Source of the DNA: an uncultured bacterium | GTDB taxonomy: Bacteria; Patescibacteriota; Minisyncoccia; UBA6257; 2-01-FULL-56-20 | DNA: 64,000 nucleotides | NCBI GenBank assembly: GCA_963696395.1 | Contig: CAVOJZ010000002.1 | Location: 848,619-912,618 of the forward strand | Direction: 5' to 3' | Shown here: one piece after another, positions 17,737-27,241 of the stretch | Numbering within the stretch: position 1 is the first letter of the stretch | Layout: every line of letters begins with the position of its first letter | Position numbers and translations under genes: made by a program | Notes under the pieces: model-generated | What the model saw: the letters and a program-made list of their open reading frames with translations, nothing else | Databases searched by the model: none | What the model was told of the DNA's origin: nothing

Positions 17737-18765
17737 ATGAAACTATCCATCGGCATCGTAGGCCTCCCGAATGTGGGAAAGTCAACGCTCTTTAAGGTTC
17801 TCACCAAGCAGGATATCACCATTGCGAATTATCCTTTCGCCACCATAGACCCCAATGTTGGCGTCGTTTCGGTTCCCGACGAGCGGCTCGAAAAGCTGAA
17901 CGTTTTAAGCAAGTCCAAGAAAAAAATTCCTGCCGTCGTCGAATTTTATGATATCGCCGGCTTGGTGAAAGGGGCGAATAAAGGGGAGGGTCTTGGAAAC
18001 CAATTCCTCGGCCACATTAAGGAAACCCAAGCGATCGTTATTGTGCTGCGCATCTTTAACAATCCGGAAATTATTCATGTTGAAAACTCGGTGGACGCGT
18101 TGCGCGATCTGGAAATCATCAACTCGGAATTAATTTTGAAAGATCTTGAGCTTGTGGAAAAACGTTTTAATAAAGCTGAGGCTGAAGCGCGAACCGGTAA
18201 AAAGGAAGCTGTGCTCGATAAGGATCTGCTCGGGCGATTAAAGCATTGTTTGGAAGCGGGCAATCTGCCGTTGTCAGACGCATCGCTCGTTCACGACGTT
18301 ACGCATGAAATGAAGACAACGGGGCGCCTCCTCGATCTCAATCTGCTTACGCTCAAGCGACAAATTTATCTTTTAAACGGAGTTCCGAATGAAGCTCCCG
18401 CGCCACTCATCGAAAAAATAAAATCGCTTGGCGCTGATTATGTGATCGTTGACCTTTCGCAGGCGGACGCCATTCCGGAGCTCGTGAAAGAAGCCTACAA
18501 AGTTTTGAATCTTATCAGTTTCTTTACGACGGGCGAAGACGAAACGCGCGCCTGGACTATCGAGCAGGGGACAAAAGCGCCGCAAGCTGCGGGCGTTATC
18601 CACACAGATTTTGAAAAGAAATTCATTCGCCTGGAAGTTGTCGCCTGGGACAAGCTTCTTCAGAGCGGCAGTTGGTCTCATGCCAAGCAAAAAGGCTGGC
18701 TACGCGTTGAAGGCAAGGAATACGTTGTATTAGACGGGGACGTGCTCGAAGTTCGGCACGGATAA
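17737..18765 (+). CDS. ychF: ribosome-binding ATPase YchF (Obg-like ATPase)
   Basis: IGIVGLPNVGKSTLF, NYPFATIDPNVG and the C-terminal TGS-like region. Confidence 0.95.
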   Translation: MKLSIGIVGLPNVGKSTLFKVLTKQDITIANYPFATIDPNVGVVSVPDERLEKLNVLSKSKKKIPAVVEFYDIAGLVKGANKGEGLGNQFLGHIKETQAIVIVLRIFNNPEIIHVENSVDALRDLEIINSELILKDLELVEKRFNKAEAEARTGKKEAVLDKDLLGRLKHCLEAGNLPLSDASLVHDVTHEMKTTGRLLDLNLLTLKRQIYLLNGVPNEAPAPLIEKIKSLGADYVIVDLSQADAIPELVKEAYKVLNLISFFTTGEDETRAWTIEQGTKAPQAAGVIHTDFEKKFIRLEVVAWDKLLQSGSWSHAKQKGWLRVEGKEYVVLDGDVLEVRHG

Positions 18766-18794
18766 TAGGGTCTTTGCGGGGTCAGCGTCGTGAT

Positions 18795-18822
18795 TTGACA
18801 AAATAAGGCTATATGCTATAAT
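18795..18822 (+). promoter_or_regulatory. consensus sigma70-like promoter (TTGACA, 16 nt spacer, TATAAT) whose -10 lies inside an inverted repeat
   Basis: ttgaca at 18795-18800 and tataat at 18817-18822. The -10 is embedded in ggctatat-N6-atatagcc, and the 14-bp palindrome gcggatatatccgc lies downstream at about 18860. Confidence 0.55.
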
Positions 18823-18891
18823 ATAGCCAGATCGTTGTTGGATCGCGAAATCTATAAATCACTCGCGGATATATCCGCCGAAGGAGTCAGT

Positions 18892-19236
18892 ATGCCAAAT
18901 GCTGCGGTATCCAGAATAACCTTCGTTCTTGTGGCGCTCGTGATAGCAACCCCCTGTTTCATTGCCTTCTTGCATCAGCATAATTTTGCCGCAGAAGCTT
19001 CCGCTAATATGGCTGTGGCAAAAATCATGGTGCAAGACAACATCGTCGCGGGGGACGTTGGAAAGTGCAAAACACTTGCCGACTGCTACAGCGTCGACAA
19101 GAATGTCAAAACGCGCGTTCAGCGAGTGGAAAGCGCCCGCAAGTTTTTATGGGCTCCTCTATACAAGCAGACCGCGAAAGAGATAGACGAGTTCATATGT
19201 GAGGCCGATTTCGCCCATTGCCCATATAACGACTGA
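18892..19236 (+). CDS. small membrane-anchored Cys-containing hypothetical protein
   Basis: The ATG has RBS ggag 8 nt upstream. N-terminal TM ITFVLVALVIATPCFIAF and four Cys in the soluble part. Confidence 0.55.
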   Translation: MPNAAVSRITFVLVALVIATPCFIAFLHQHNFAAEASANMAVAKIMVQDNIVAGDVGKCKTLADCYSVDKNVKTRVQRVESARKFLWAPLYKQTAKEIDEFICEADFAHCPYND

Positions 19237-19269
19237 GGGCAGTTCGGTCGGAGATGAATCCCGTGATAC

Positions 19270-19300
19270 ATGGCGTCACGGGATTTTTTATTTCTTTTAT
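19270..19300. terminator. bidirectional terminator between convergent genes
   Basis: Stem cccgtga / tcacggg with a 9-nt loop, then ATTTTTTA. Overlaps the recR stop codon. Confidence 0.65.
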
Positions 19301-19899
19301 CCCCGACGGTCGAGTGCGCTGCCAAGCGTTTCGTCGTCTGCAAATTCAATTTCGCCGCCCGTCGGTAAGCCGCGTCCCAAGCGGCTTATTTTTTTAGTAA
19401 GCGGATAAAATTCTTTCACAAGAATTGAAGCCTGGAAATCGCCAAGCGATGTGGGGTTAAAAGCAAGAATGATTTCATCGGCGGTGCCACCCAAATCATT
19501 CTGGATAAAAGACTTTAAGCTTGCGAGTCGCTCTTTCTGCCACGGCTCGAGGAATCCGGTTTTTGGAATCGGACCCGCGATGAAATACCGACCGATAAAT
19601 TTTTTGGTATCTTCAAGGGAGATGAGGTCGGTTTCTTTTTCAATCACCATGATTACACTTTGTTTTCGTGCGGGATTCTTACAAATATCACAAAGCTCAC
19701 CTTCATTTTGATGAATAAAAAAGCATCGTGCGCATATTTTCACGCTTCGCAGGCCGTCGATGGCTTCAGCAAATCCTTTGAGTTCGCCCTTGCTTTCGCG
19801 GGAAATATAAAATGCCAGTCTGATAGCCTGGCGTGGGCCGATGGAAGGAAGTTTCGAAAGTTCCTCGATGACGTGTTCAACCGGTTTCGGTAGTTTCAT
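19297..19899 (-). CDS. recR: recombination protein RecR
   Basis: HhH motif LPSIGPRQAIRLAFYI, zinc finger CARCFF...CDIC and a Toprim domain. Confidence 0.9.
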   Translation of the reverse strand: MKLPKPVEHVIEELSKLPSIGPRQAIRLAFYISRESKGELKGFAEAIDGLRSVKICARCFFIHQNEGELCDICKNPARKQSVIMVIEKETDLISLEDTKKFIGRYFIAGPIPKTGFLEPWQKERLASLKSFIQNDLGGTADEIILAFNPTSLGDFQASILVKEFYPLTKKISRLGRGLPTGGEIEFADDETLGSALDRRG

Positions 19900-21240
19900 T
19901 TAAAGGGGAGGCAATTCACTATATCGCTTTTCGAGCACCTTGAAACTGGCGCGTTCGGCATCGAAATAGAAATCCATATCACGGAGCGGGCCGTTGCGAT
20001 GTTTTGCAATGCGGAGATGGACGATGTTGTCGGTTTCACTCGCCGTATCATTCGGGTTATGTTCGTCGCGATAGATAAACATGACGATGTCCGCGTCCTG
20101 TTCAATGGACCCCGATTCACGAAGGTCGGAAAGGCGGGGAATCTTGTGGTCGCGTTGTTCAACGCCGCGTGAGAGCTGCGACAGCGCCAATACGGGCACT
20201 TTCAGCTCGCGTGCGAGAGCTTTCAGCCCACGCGAAATTTCCGTGATCATGTTTACCATGCTATCCATGTTTACACGTGGGCGAATGAGCTGGAGGTAGT
20301 CAATAATGAGAAGATCGAGGCCGTGCTCAACCTGCAGGCGGCGCGCCATTGAGCGCATCTGTAGCACGTTGAGCGATGGCGAGTCGTCAATGAAAAGTTT
20401 CACCTGAGAAAGCCGGTCGAGCGAATCCTGAATCATCGGGAGTTCGCTGTCGTTTGCGATCCTGCCCGTCAGAATGTGCCAGAGCGGCACTTGTGATTCT
20501 GCGGCGATAATACGGTCCTGCAATTGTTCGCGGGACATTTCAAGCGAGAACATGCCAACCGTGAAGCCGGCTTTGGCGGCATTTCTCCCGATGTCGAGCG
20601 CGAGGGAAGTTTTGCCGACCGACGGGCGGGCGCCGAGAATAATCAATTCCGATTTCTGAAGGCCTGAAAGCGTTTCATCAAGTTCCGGAAATCCGGTCGG
20701 CACGCCGCGCAATTTTCCACCGCCGGCGTGAAGCGTCGCGATGCGTTCGTATGCCGTCACAAGATCGTCTTTTAGGGCGACAAAGTTTTGCGGCAATGAA
20801 TGTTGTGATATCGCAAGAATTTTTTGTTCGTTGTCGTCGAGAAGGTCATCGATATCAACGCCTGTCGAAAAAGCGCTCTCAGCCATTTCGGCTGAAGCTT
20901 TGATGAGATCGCGCCGAACCTTCTTTTCTTTTACGATTCCGGCGTAGTGCGCAACATGGGATGCGGTTGTAACCTGGTTCGTTATTTCCGCAAGGTAGGT
21001 TGAGCCACCGACTTCTTTCAGATAATCGTTTTCTTTGAGGTAGGTGGTGAGCGAAAGGACGTCGATCGGTTGCCGTTTTTCGTAGAGATGGATGATGGCT
21101 TCATAAATGCGCGCATGAGCCGGCGCATAAAAATCGTTTGCCGTGATAAGGTCGGCCACGCGATAAATCGCATTCTTGTCGATCAACAAACTGCCGAGTA
21201 CGGTTTGCTCGGCCTCGAGGTTTTGGGGAGGCAATTTCAA
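19900..21240 (-). CDS. dnaB: replicative DNA helicase DnaB
   Basis: DnaB N-terminal domain (LEAEQTVLGSLL) and Walker A GARPSVGKTSLAL. No intein. Its stop codon abuts the recR start codon. Confidence 0.95.
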   Translation of the reverse strand: MKLPPQNLEAEQTVLGSLLIDKNAIYRVADLITANDFYAPAHARIYEAIIHLYEKRQPIDVLSLTTYLKENDYLKEVGGSTYLAEITNQVTTASHVAHYAGIVKEKKVRRDLIKASAEMAESAFSTGVDIDDLLDDNEQKILAISQHSLPQNFVALKDDLVTAYERIATLHAGGGKLRGVPTGFPELDETLSGLQKSELIILGARPSVGKTSLALDIGRNAAKAGFTVGMFSLEMSREQLQDRIIAAESQVPLWHILTGRIANDSELPMIQDSLDRLSQVKLFIDDSPSLNVLQMRSMARRLQVEHGLDLLIIDYLQLIRPRVNMDSMVNMITEISRGLKALARELKVPVLALSQLSRGVEQRDHKIPRLSDLRESGSIEQDADIVMFIYRDEHNPNDTASETDNIVHLRIAKHRNGPLRDMDFYFDAERASFKVLEKRYSELPPL

Positions 21241-21264
21241 GTTCTGACTTTTTTGATGTGGCCA

Positions 21265-22638
21265 TTATGCTTTCGGCCAGAGGAAGTATCCCTGTGGCGT
21301 GTCTTCAATTTCATATCCTACGCCACTCATCTGCTTTCGCAAGTCATCGGCCTGAACAAATTGTTTATTAGCTCTTAACTTCTCCCGGTCCTTGGCCATT
21401 TTTTCGACTTCGGAAGGGATTTTAGGGTTTTTTAATGAAATGCCGAGGATCGCAAGCATTTCTAGCAGGTGGTTCTTAATAGCTCTCGCCTCTGATTTTT
21501 TGAGTGTCCAGACGGTGCGCTGAAATTGTGCCATCAGTTCAAAAAGCGAGGCAATGGCCGCCGGAGTATTTGCGTCATCGGCGAGCGCTTCATGGAATTT
21601 TAATGAATATTTTTTAATGATTTCCTGCGCGTCAACAGTTTCTTTTCCGTTTACGCGATCAAGTTTTGCCATGAATGTCCCGAGGGTGTTTATGGCTGCT
21701 TTTGCCTGGTGGGTAAGCGACGGCGAATAATCGATCGGGGAACGATAATGATGGGTGAGCGTAATCCACCGAAGTGTTTCGGGGGCATAATCGGCAAGAT
21801 AATTGCGGATGGTGATAAAATTGCCAAGGCTTTTTGACATTTTCTTTCCTTCGACAAGCAATGCGCCAACGTGCATCCATTCGCGAACAAACGGTTTCTT
21901 GCCGGACGCCGCTTCCTGCTGGGCGATTTCCGCTTCGTGGTGGGGGAACTTCAGATCAACGCCGCCGCCATGAATATCATATTGAGGCCCGAAATAATAT
22001 TCGGAAACCGCGGTATCTTCAATGTGCCAGCCAGGTCGCCCTTCCCCGATCTGCGAACTCCAGTGCGGTTCCGTGGGTTTCGAAAATTTCCACAGGCAAA
22101 AATCTCCTTTATTTCTTTTGTCGTCGGCATCGTCAATGCGGGAAACGCCATCTTCCGCCTGGGCAACCGTTCGGCCGGAAAGTTTTCCGTAATCGGCAAA
22201 TTTGGCGATATCAAAATACCATCCATCGCCATCAATGAGGTAGGCGTAGCCACCGTCAATCAATCGCTCAACCTGCGCCGCAATTTGGGTAATAAAATCG
22301 GTCGCCGACGCATATTTTGTAACTGCATCAACGCCGAGCGTTTTCATATCGGCAAGGTAGGCTTTCAAGAACTTTTCTGCAATCTTTGCCGGCGCTTCAT
22401 TTTCGTCCGCCGCACGGCGGATGATTTTGTCGTCAATATCCGTTATATTTTGGAGATAAAAAACTTCATATCCTTGCGAGCGGAGGTATTTTGCAAAGAA
22501 ATCGAAAAAAATATATGTCCGCGCGTTCCCAATGTGCAGATAGTCGTAGACCGTCGGTCCGCACACAAAAAGCCGAAGCTTTTTCTGTTCGGGCAGAAGT
22601 TCTTTTTCCCGAGAAAGCGTGTTGTAGAGCTTGATCAT
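21265..22638 (-). CDS. cysS: cysteine--tRNA ligase
   Basis: HIGNARTY (HIGH motif), KMSKSLGN and Zn-binding Cys residues. Confidence 0.95.
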   Translation of the reverse strand: MIKLYNTLSREKELLPEQKKLRLFVCGPTVYDYLHIGNARTYIFFDFFAKYLRSQGYEVFYLQNITDIDDKIIRRAADENEAPAKIAEKFLKAYLADMKTLGVDAVTKYASATDFITQIAAQVERLIDGGYAYLIDGDGWYFDIAKFADYGKLSGRTVAQAEDGVSRIDDADDKRNKGDFCLWKFSKPTEPHWSSQIGEGRPGWHIEDTAVSEYYFGPQYDIHGGGVDLKFPHHEAEIAQQEAASGKKPFVREWMHVGALLVEGKKMSKSLGNFITIRNYLADYAPETLRWITLTHHYRSPIDYSPSLTHQAKAAINTLGTFMAKLDRVNGKETVDAQEIIKKYSLKFHEALADDANTPAAIASLFELMAQFQRTVWTLKKSEARAIKNHLLEMLAILGISLKNPKIPSEVEKMAKDREKLRANKQFVQADDLRKQMSGVGYEIEDTPQGYFLWPKA

Positions 22639-22641
22639 GCA

Positions 22642-23523
22642 TTAAAACCAGCCTTTTCGTTTAAAGTAAACCGTCACCGCAATCATGGCGAACGCCATGG
22701 TTCCGAAGACGATCCAAAAAGCGCCGGGCAAATTGATGATGGGCGTGTCGCGCGTGTTCATGCTGAAGAGAGCGGCAAGTAGCATGAAAGGGAATGTGAG
22801 GAACGAAAGCGAGGTAAATGTTTTCATTACGCTGTTGATCTTCAGGTTCATCAGCTGATTGTTGGTGTCTTCAAAATCAGAAATGGCTTCCCGATAGTCT
22901 TCAAGCTGATTCACAATTTTCAGCTGGTCGCCCATGATGTCGTTCAGATATACTTCTGCGTCGCCGTCCCAGAATTTTTTGCCTTTCACGGCAAGCGACC
23001 GGAAAACCGGTTCCTGGAGCCTGATCACAATCCGGTATTCCGAAACGTCGCGCTTCACGTATGTGATGCGCTGGAGGATGTCGAGTTCATGATCTTTGAA
23101 TATTTCTTTTCCGATCGTCTCAACTTTTTCGCGGATGTGACGAAGCTGGCGCTCTTCGAAATTCATAAGGTGCTCTATCAGCTGATACATGATTTCAAGC
23201 GAAGACGTGTAGCGGCGAACCTCGAGGCCGTCGTAAACGTCTTTCATGGTTTCATAATGAACCGTGATGACAGTGTCCTTTGTGACGATAAAATCTATTT
23301 CGGTTCGGATGGACGCCTCGTCGTCCTTATCGTAGAGAGGGAAGTAATAGATGAAGTAGAGATAATTCTTATACGCCTCGACGCGAGCTCTCGCAGAGGG
23401 ACCGCGAAGTTCTTCGATGATGACCGGATGTACGCCGAATTGTTCGGTGAGCCATTTCAATTCCTTTTCCGTGGGGCCGTGGATATCAATCCACTGGACG
23501 CCTTTGCCCTTTTTAATGTCCAT
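22642..23523 (-). CDS. corA: CorA-family divalent cation (Mg2+/Co2+) transporter with an SMN variant of the GMN signature
   Basis: Two C-terminal TM helices with the loop LFSMNTRD and a KRKGWF tail. This aligns with the canonical IYGMNF...KKKKWL. Confidence 0.85.
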   Translation of the reverse strand: MDIKKGKGVQWIDIHGPTEKELKWLTEQFGVHPVIIEELRGPSARARVEAYKNYLYFIYYFPLYDKDDEASIRTEIDFIVTKDTVITVHYETMKDVYDGLEVRRYTSSLEIMYQLIEHLMNFEERQLRHIREKVETIGKEIFKDHELDILQRITYVKRDVSEYRIVIRLQEPVFRSLAVKGKKFWDGDAEVYLNDIMGDQLKIVNQLEDYREAISDFEDTNNQLMNLKINSVMKTFTSLSFLTFPFMLLAALFSMNTRDTPIINLPGAFWIVFGTMAFAMIAVTVYFKRKGWF

Positions 23524-23556
23524 GAGTTTATTTTAGCATAGCGCGAAACGATGGCG

Positions 23557-23644
23557 GCGCAGTTTTGAGGGTCGCGTCGCTTTCTGCTGTACGCGTGTCT
23601 CGGCCTCGCCGCCTTTGCGGCTTCGGCACCCCTCAAAACTGTGC
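23557..23644. other. GC-rich extended stem-loop element (15-bp closing stem enclosing about 58 nt with an internal hairpin); candidate cis-regulatory RNA or sRNA
   Basis: gcgcagttttgaggg (23557-23571) pairs with ccctcaaaactgtgc (23630-23644), 12 bp perfect plus 3 more. Inside is the hairpin gccgc-cttt-gcggc. Non-coding and GC-rich. Confidence 0.5.
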
Positions 23645-23695
23645 TGCCACTTTTTGCCCGTATGGGGCATTTTGTTCGAATCCAGCCCGATGCAC

Positions 23696-23728
23696 AAAAA
23701 AAGGGCGAGTGAGGGACTCGTCCTTTTT
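23696..23728. terminator. bidirectional rho-independent terminator
   Basis: A-run, then stem gggcgag / ctcgtcc (one G-U pair) with loop tgaggga, then TTTTT. Confidence 0.7.
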
Positions 23729-23875
23729 GTCTAGTTCCGGCTGGCTAGCCGAAATCATTTTCGTCGTTGTGGCAATCGCCTTCGGTGATATCTTCTCCGC
23801 CGATCAAGGTTCACCACCTTTCTGAGCTACTACACCCATTATACCAATTATGGGTGATTCTTCGTGTGCGAGCGG

Positions 23876-24025
23876 TCAAAAATGACGTCGTAGTTGCCAG
23901 CGGGCAAAAAGGAGTCCCGCAAGGAGGCCGCCGGTAATCGATATATTCGGCGGGACTTCCAAGCCATATCGCAAGATCGATGAAATTATCACCCAGAAAA
24001 TGACGCCGCCGAAAATGCCTCTCAT
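23876..24025 (-). CDS. small hydrophobic protein (49 aa, two predicted TM segments)
   Basis: The ATG at 24025 has GGAGG 9 nt upstream. Hydrophobic segments GIFGGVIFWVIISSIL and ITGGLLAGLLFARW. A terminator lies downstream. Confidence 0.4.
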   Translation of the reverse strand: MRGIFGGVIFWVIISSILRYGLEVPPNISITGGLLAGLLFARWQLRRHF

Positions 24026-24107
24026 ATAGTTATTCCTCCGAAAAAGCTGTTGATATGATACGCCGCAGGAGCGGCTTGTCAATGTTTTTGCTCGGACTGG
24101 CAGTCTC

Positions 24108-24135
24108 TTGACGAGATTGCTAACGGGCGTATAAT
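24108..24135 (+). promoter_or_regulatory. candidate sigma70 promoter for the hrcA-grpE-dnaK operon (leaderless or very short leader)
   Basis: ttgacg at 24108-24113 and tataat at 24130-24135 with a 16-nt spacer. The -10 ends 5 nt before the hrcA ATG. No CIRCE inverted repeat (TTAGCACTC-N9-GAGTGCTAA) was seen. Confidence 0.45.
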
Positions 24136-24140
24136 GGTTC

Positions 24141-24818
24141 ATGATGAACGATCGAAGTGTGAATATTCTTGAGGCGGTGATCCAGGAATTTATCGATTCC
24201 GGCGAGCCGGTGAGTTCCGGATATCTCTATGACCGTTATGATTTCGGCATCAAACCGGCGATGATTCGTCTGGAACTCGATGCGCTCGAAGAAGATGGTT
24301 TTTTGGTTCAGCCTCATCATTCGGCCGGACGGGTGCCGACCGATGCCGGATACGAATTTTTTGCCAATCGCATGATAGTGAACGCGGCGCGGGCGCATCG
24401 GCACCAAAGCGAGCCGACCCTTAAAGAATTACTCGAAGAACGGGCGTGGCCGGACGCTCTCGCGCGATTGTCTTCGGAGCTTGGGCTTTTGGGTGTTGCT
24501 GCGGATCTTGCGCACGATATGGTCTACAAGGCCGGCTTGGAACAACTCATCAATAATCTTGACTGGCAGGATCGTGACGGGATCCGTTCGGTGATCCATG
24601 ATTTCGAAGAGGTTGACGAACGCTTGCCGCGCGCCGCGGAGCGAATGGCCGCGGGACCAAATGTGTTTATTGGCAAGAAAAGCCCGGTCACGAAAAGCGA
24701 AAACCTCTCCGTTGTCTGCGGAAATTTCGATATCGGCGGTGCAACGGTTTCGATTTTCGCGATTGGCCCAAAACGTATGGATTATAAAAAAACAATCAGG
24801 ATATTCAAAAATTTATAA
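24141..24818 (+). CDS. hrcA: heat-inducible transcription repressor HrcA (short form)
   Basis: wHTH N-terminus (ILEAVIQEFIDSGEPVSSGYL). Position before grpE-dnaK. Confidence 0.85.
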   Translation: MMNDRSVNILEAVIQEFIDSGEPVSSGYLYDRYDFGIKPAMIRLELDALEEDGFLVQPHHSAGRVPTDAGYEFFANRMIVNAARAHRHQSEPTLKELLEERAWPDALARLSSELGLLGVAADLAHDMVYKAGLEQLINNLDWQDRDGIRSVIHDFEEVDERLPRAAERMAAGPNVFIGKKSPVTKSENLSVVCGNFDIGGATVSIFAIGPKRMDYKKTIRIFKNL

Positions 24819-24826
24819 ATAAAACT

Positions 24827-25318
24827 ATGGCCGACGAACCGGAAAATAAAATGAACGAGCAGGGAACCGATGAGAAGTTGGCAGCGCTAGAGAAGCAACG
24901 TGACGAATATCTGGCGGGATGGCAGCGCGCAAAAGCGGATTTCATCAATTACCGAAAAGAAGAGATGAAGCATTTGGAAAATGTCGCGCAATACGGAAGC
25001 CAGGATCTGATACGCGATTTGATCGGCGTCCTCGATAATTTTGATCTTGGGCTGCGGTCGCTTGAGAAAAACGGGCCGGTGGAAAAAGGAGTATATCTGA
25101 TCCGGACGCAGATCGAGGATATTCTGAAGAAACGTGGGCTCACAAAAATTGACATAAAGGATGGCGATGCGTTCGATCCAAGCATTGCGGAAGCGTTGAG
25201 CGAGATATCCTCGGATCGGCCGCCCGGCACCGTAGTTGAAACGATAGAGCCGGGATATCGGCTCCACGAGAAAGTATTGCGGCCGGCGAGGGTAATAGTC
25301 AGTAAAGAAAACGTATAA
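24827..25318 (+). CDS. grpE: nucleotide exchange factor GrpE
   Basis: Coiled-coil region followed by the GrpE core FINYRKEEMKHLENVAQYG...LIGVLDNFD. Confidence 0.9.
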   Translation: MADEPENKMNEQGTDEKLAALEKQRDEYLAGWQRAKADFINYRKEEMKHLENVAQYGSQDLIRDLIGVLDNFDLGLRSLEKNGPVEKGVYLIRTQIEDILKKRGLTKIDIKDGDAFDPSIAEALSEISSDRPPGTVVETIEPGYRLHEKVLRPARVIVSKENV

Positions 25319-25339
25319 TTAAAAAAATATTAAACTAAC

Positions 25340-27241
25340 ATGCCAAAAATTTTAGGAATCGATTTGGGAACTACAAACTCTGCGGTTGCGGTGATGTCGG
25401 GCGGTGAGCCGAAAATTCTCGAAAACGCAGAAGGCAACCGCACCACGCCTTCCATCGTTGCGATTTCAAAATCCAACGAACGCCTAGTCGGTTTGCTCGC
25501 AAAGCGGCAATCGGTCACAAATCCCAAAAACACCATTTTTTCGGTGAAGCGGCTCATCGGACGCAAATGGAGCGATCCGGAAGTTCAGCGCGACAAAGCG
25601 TGGCTTTCCTATGATCTGCAGGAGGGGCCGAATGGCAGCGTGCAGGTGAAGATGGGTGATAAATGGTATTCCCCAGAAGAGATTTCCTCGATGGTGTTGG
25701 CCAAATTAAAAGCCGATGCGGAAGCCAAGCTCGGAGAGAAAGTGGATGAGGCCGTTATCACCGTTCCGGCATATTTTGACGATTCGCAACGCCAGGCAAC
25801 AAAAAATGCCGGCGAGATTGCAGGACTCAAAGTGAGCCGTATCATAAACGAGCCGACAGCCGCCGCTTTTGCTTACGGATTGAACAAGGAAAAGAACCAG
25901 AAAATCGCGGTATACGATTTCGGTGGCGGAACGTTTGATATCTCGGTTCTCGAGATCAGCTATGACCCCGATTCAAAAGAGCAGACCGTGGAAGTTCGTT
26001 CGACGGGCGGCGATACGCATCTCGGCGGCGATGACTTCGATAAAAAGATTCAGCAGTATCTGGTTGACGAATACAAGAAGCAGGAAGCGATAGACATTTC
26101 AAAAGATGCGCTTGCGCTCCAGCGCCTGAAAGAGGCTGCGGAAAAAGCAAAGCACGAGCTTTCCTCGGCGACCGAAACCGAAATAAACCTGCCGTACATT
26201 TCTTCCGATGCAAACGGGCCGAAGCACTTCGTGATGAAACTTTCCCGTGCCAAGCTCGAATCGCTTGTCCAGGAATATATTGACCACTCAATCCAACTCA
26301 CAAGAGAGGCCGTAACCGCGCAGGCGCCAAAGGGAGCCGGCTACCAACTTTCCGAAATCAATGAGGTGATTCTCGTCGGCGGACAAACGCGCATGCCGGC
26401 GATCCAGGAGGCGGTGAAAAAACTTTTCGGCAAGGATCCGCATCAAGGCATCAACCCGGACGAAGTCGTTGCCGTCGGCGCTGCAGTGCAGGCCGGCATT
26501 TTGCAGGGCGACGTCAAGGACATTTTACTTCTCGATGTGACGCCGCTTGGCTTGAGCATTGAAACGTTTGGGAGTGTTGCAACCCCGATGATTCCAAAGA
26601 ATACGACGGTGCCAACCGCCAAGACGCAGGTCTTTTCCACGGCGGCTGATAATCAGACGTCGGTTGAGGTCCACGTTTTGCAGGGTGAACGCCCGATGGC
26701 GGCGGATAATAAGACGCTCGCCAAATTTATTCTCGACGGAATCCCGCCGTCACCGCGGGGCGTGCCGCAGATTGAAGTGACATTCGACATTGACGCGAAC
26801 GGCATCCTGAATGTTTCTGCAAAGGACAAGGCCAGCGGCAAAACGCAATCGGTGAAGATTGAAGCTTCGACGAATCTTTCGAAAGATGAAATCGAACGCC
26901 TGAAAAAAGAAGCCGTTGAGCATGCCGCCGAAGATGCAAAAAAGAAAGAGTTCATTGAAGTTCGTAACCAAGCCGAGTCGCTTGCGTATCTTGCAGAGAA
27001 ATCGATGAGAGAAGCTGGGGATAAACTGCCCGCCGACGTGAAAGCGAGCATCACCGAAAAGCTGGATGCGCTCAATAAGGCGAAGGAAACCGAAGATGCC
27101 GCCGCAATTCAGTCCGCGGCGCAGGCACTCTCTCTCGAAGTACAAAAAATAGGCCAAGCGGCATATAATAAAGAGAATGGTGGACCTGAAACAGGTAATG
27201 GCGGGGGAGTCGCCGACCCAAAACCTGATCAATCAAGCTAA
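25340..27241 (+). CDS. dnaK: molecular chaperone DnaK (Hsp70)
   Basis: [22 protein letters not shown] and all the other Hsp70 hallmarks. Confidence 0.98.
   Translation: MPKILGIDLGTTNSAVAVMSGGEPKILENAEGNRTTPSIVAISKSNERLVGLLAKRQSVTNPKNTIFSVKRLIGRKWSDPEVQRDKAWLSYDLQEGPNGSVQVKMGDKWYSPEEISSMVLAKLKADAEAKLGEKVDEAVITVPAYFDDSQRQATKNAGEIAGLKVSRIINEPTAAAFAYGLNKEKNQKIAVYDFGGGTFDISVLEISYDPDSKEQTVEVRSTGGDTHLGGDDFDKKIQQYLVDEYKKQEAIDISKDALALQRLKEAAEKAKHELSSATETEINLPYISSDANGPKHFVMKLSRAKLESLVQEYIDHSIQLTREAVTAQAPKGAGYQLSEINEVILVGGQTRMPAIQEAVKKLFGKDPHQGINPDEVVAVGAAVQAGILQGDVKDILLLDVTPLGLSIETFGSVATPMIPKNTTVPTAKTQVFSTAADNQTSVEVHVLQGERPMAADNKTLAKFILDGIPPSPRGVPQIEVTFDIDANGILNVSAKDKASGKTQSVKIEASTNLSKDEIERLKKEAVEHAAEDAKKKEFIEVRNQAESLAYLAEKSMREAGDKLPADVKASITEKLDALNKAKETEDAAAIQSAAQALSLEVQKIGQAAYNKENGGPETGNGGGVADPKPDQSS

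Noticed and set aside
21871-22782. 303-aa plus-strand ORF antisense to cysS/corA
   Set aside because: It overlaps two confidently identified minus-strand genes and shows no domain features.
23660-23700. tRNA-like TTCGAATCC motif suggesting a tRNA or tmRNA 3' end
   Set aside because: The flanks cannot be folded into a T-stem, acceptor stem or the rest of a cloverleaf on either strand.
23565-23825. Plus-strand ORF (86 aa) spanning the GC-rich structured element
   Set aside because: It is Cys/Arg/Ser-rich with no start context. The region is better explained as structured non-coding DNA/RNA with a terminator.
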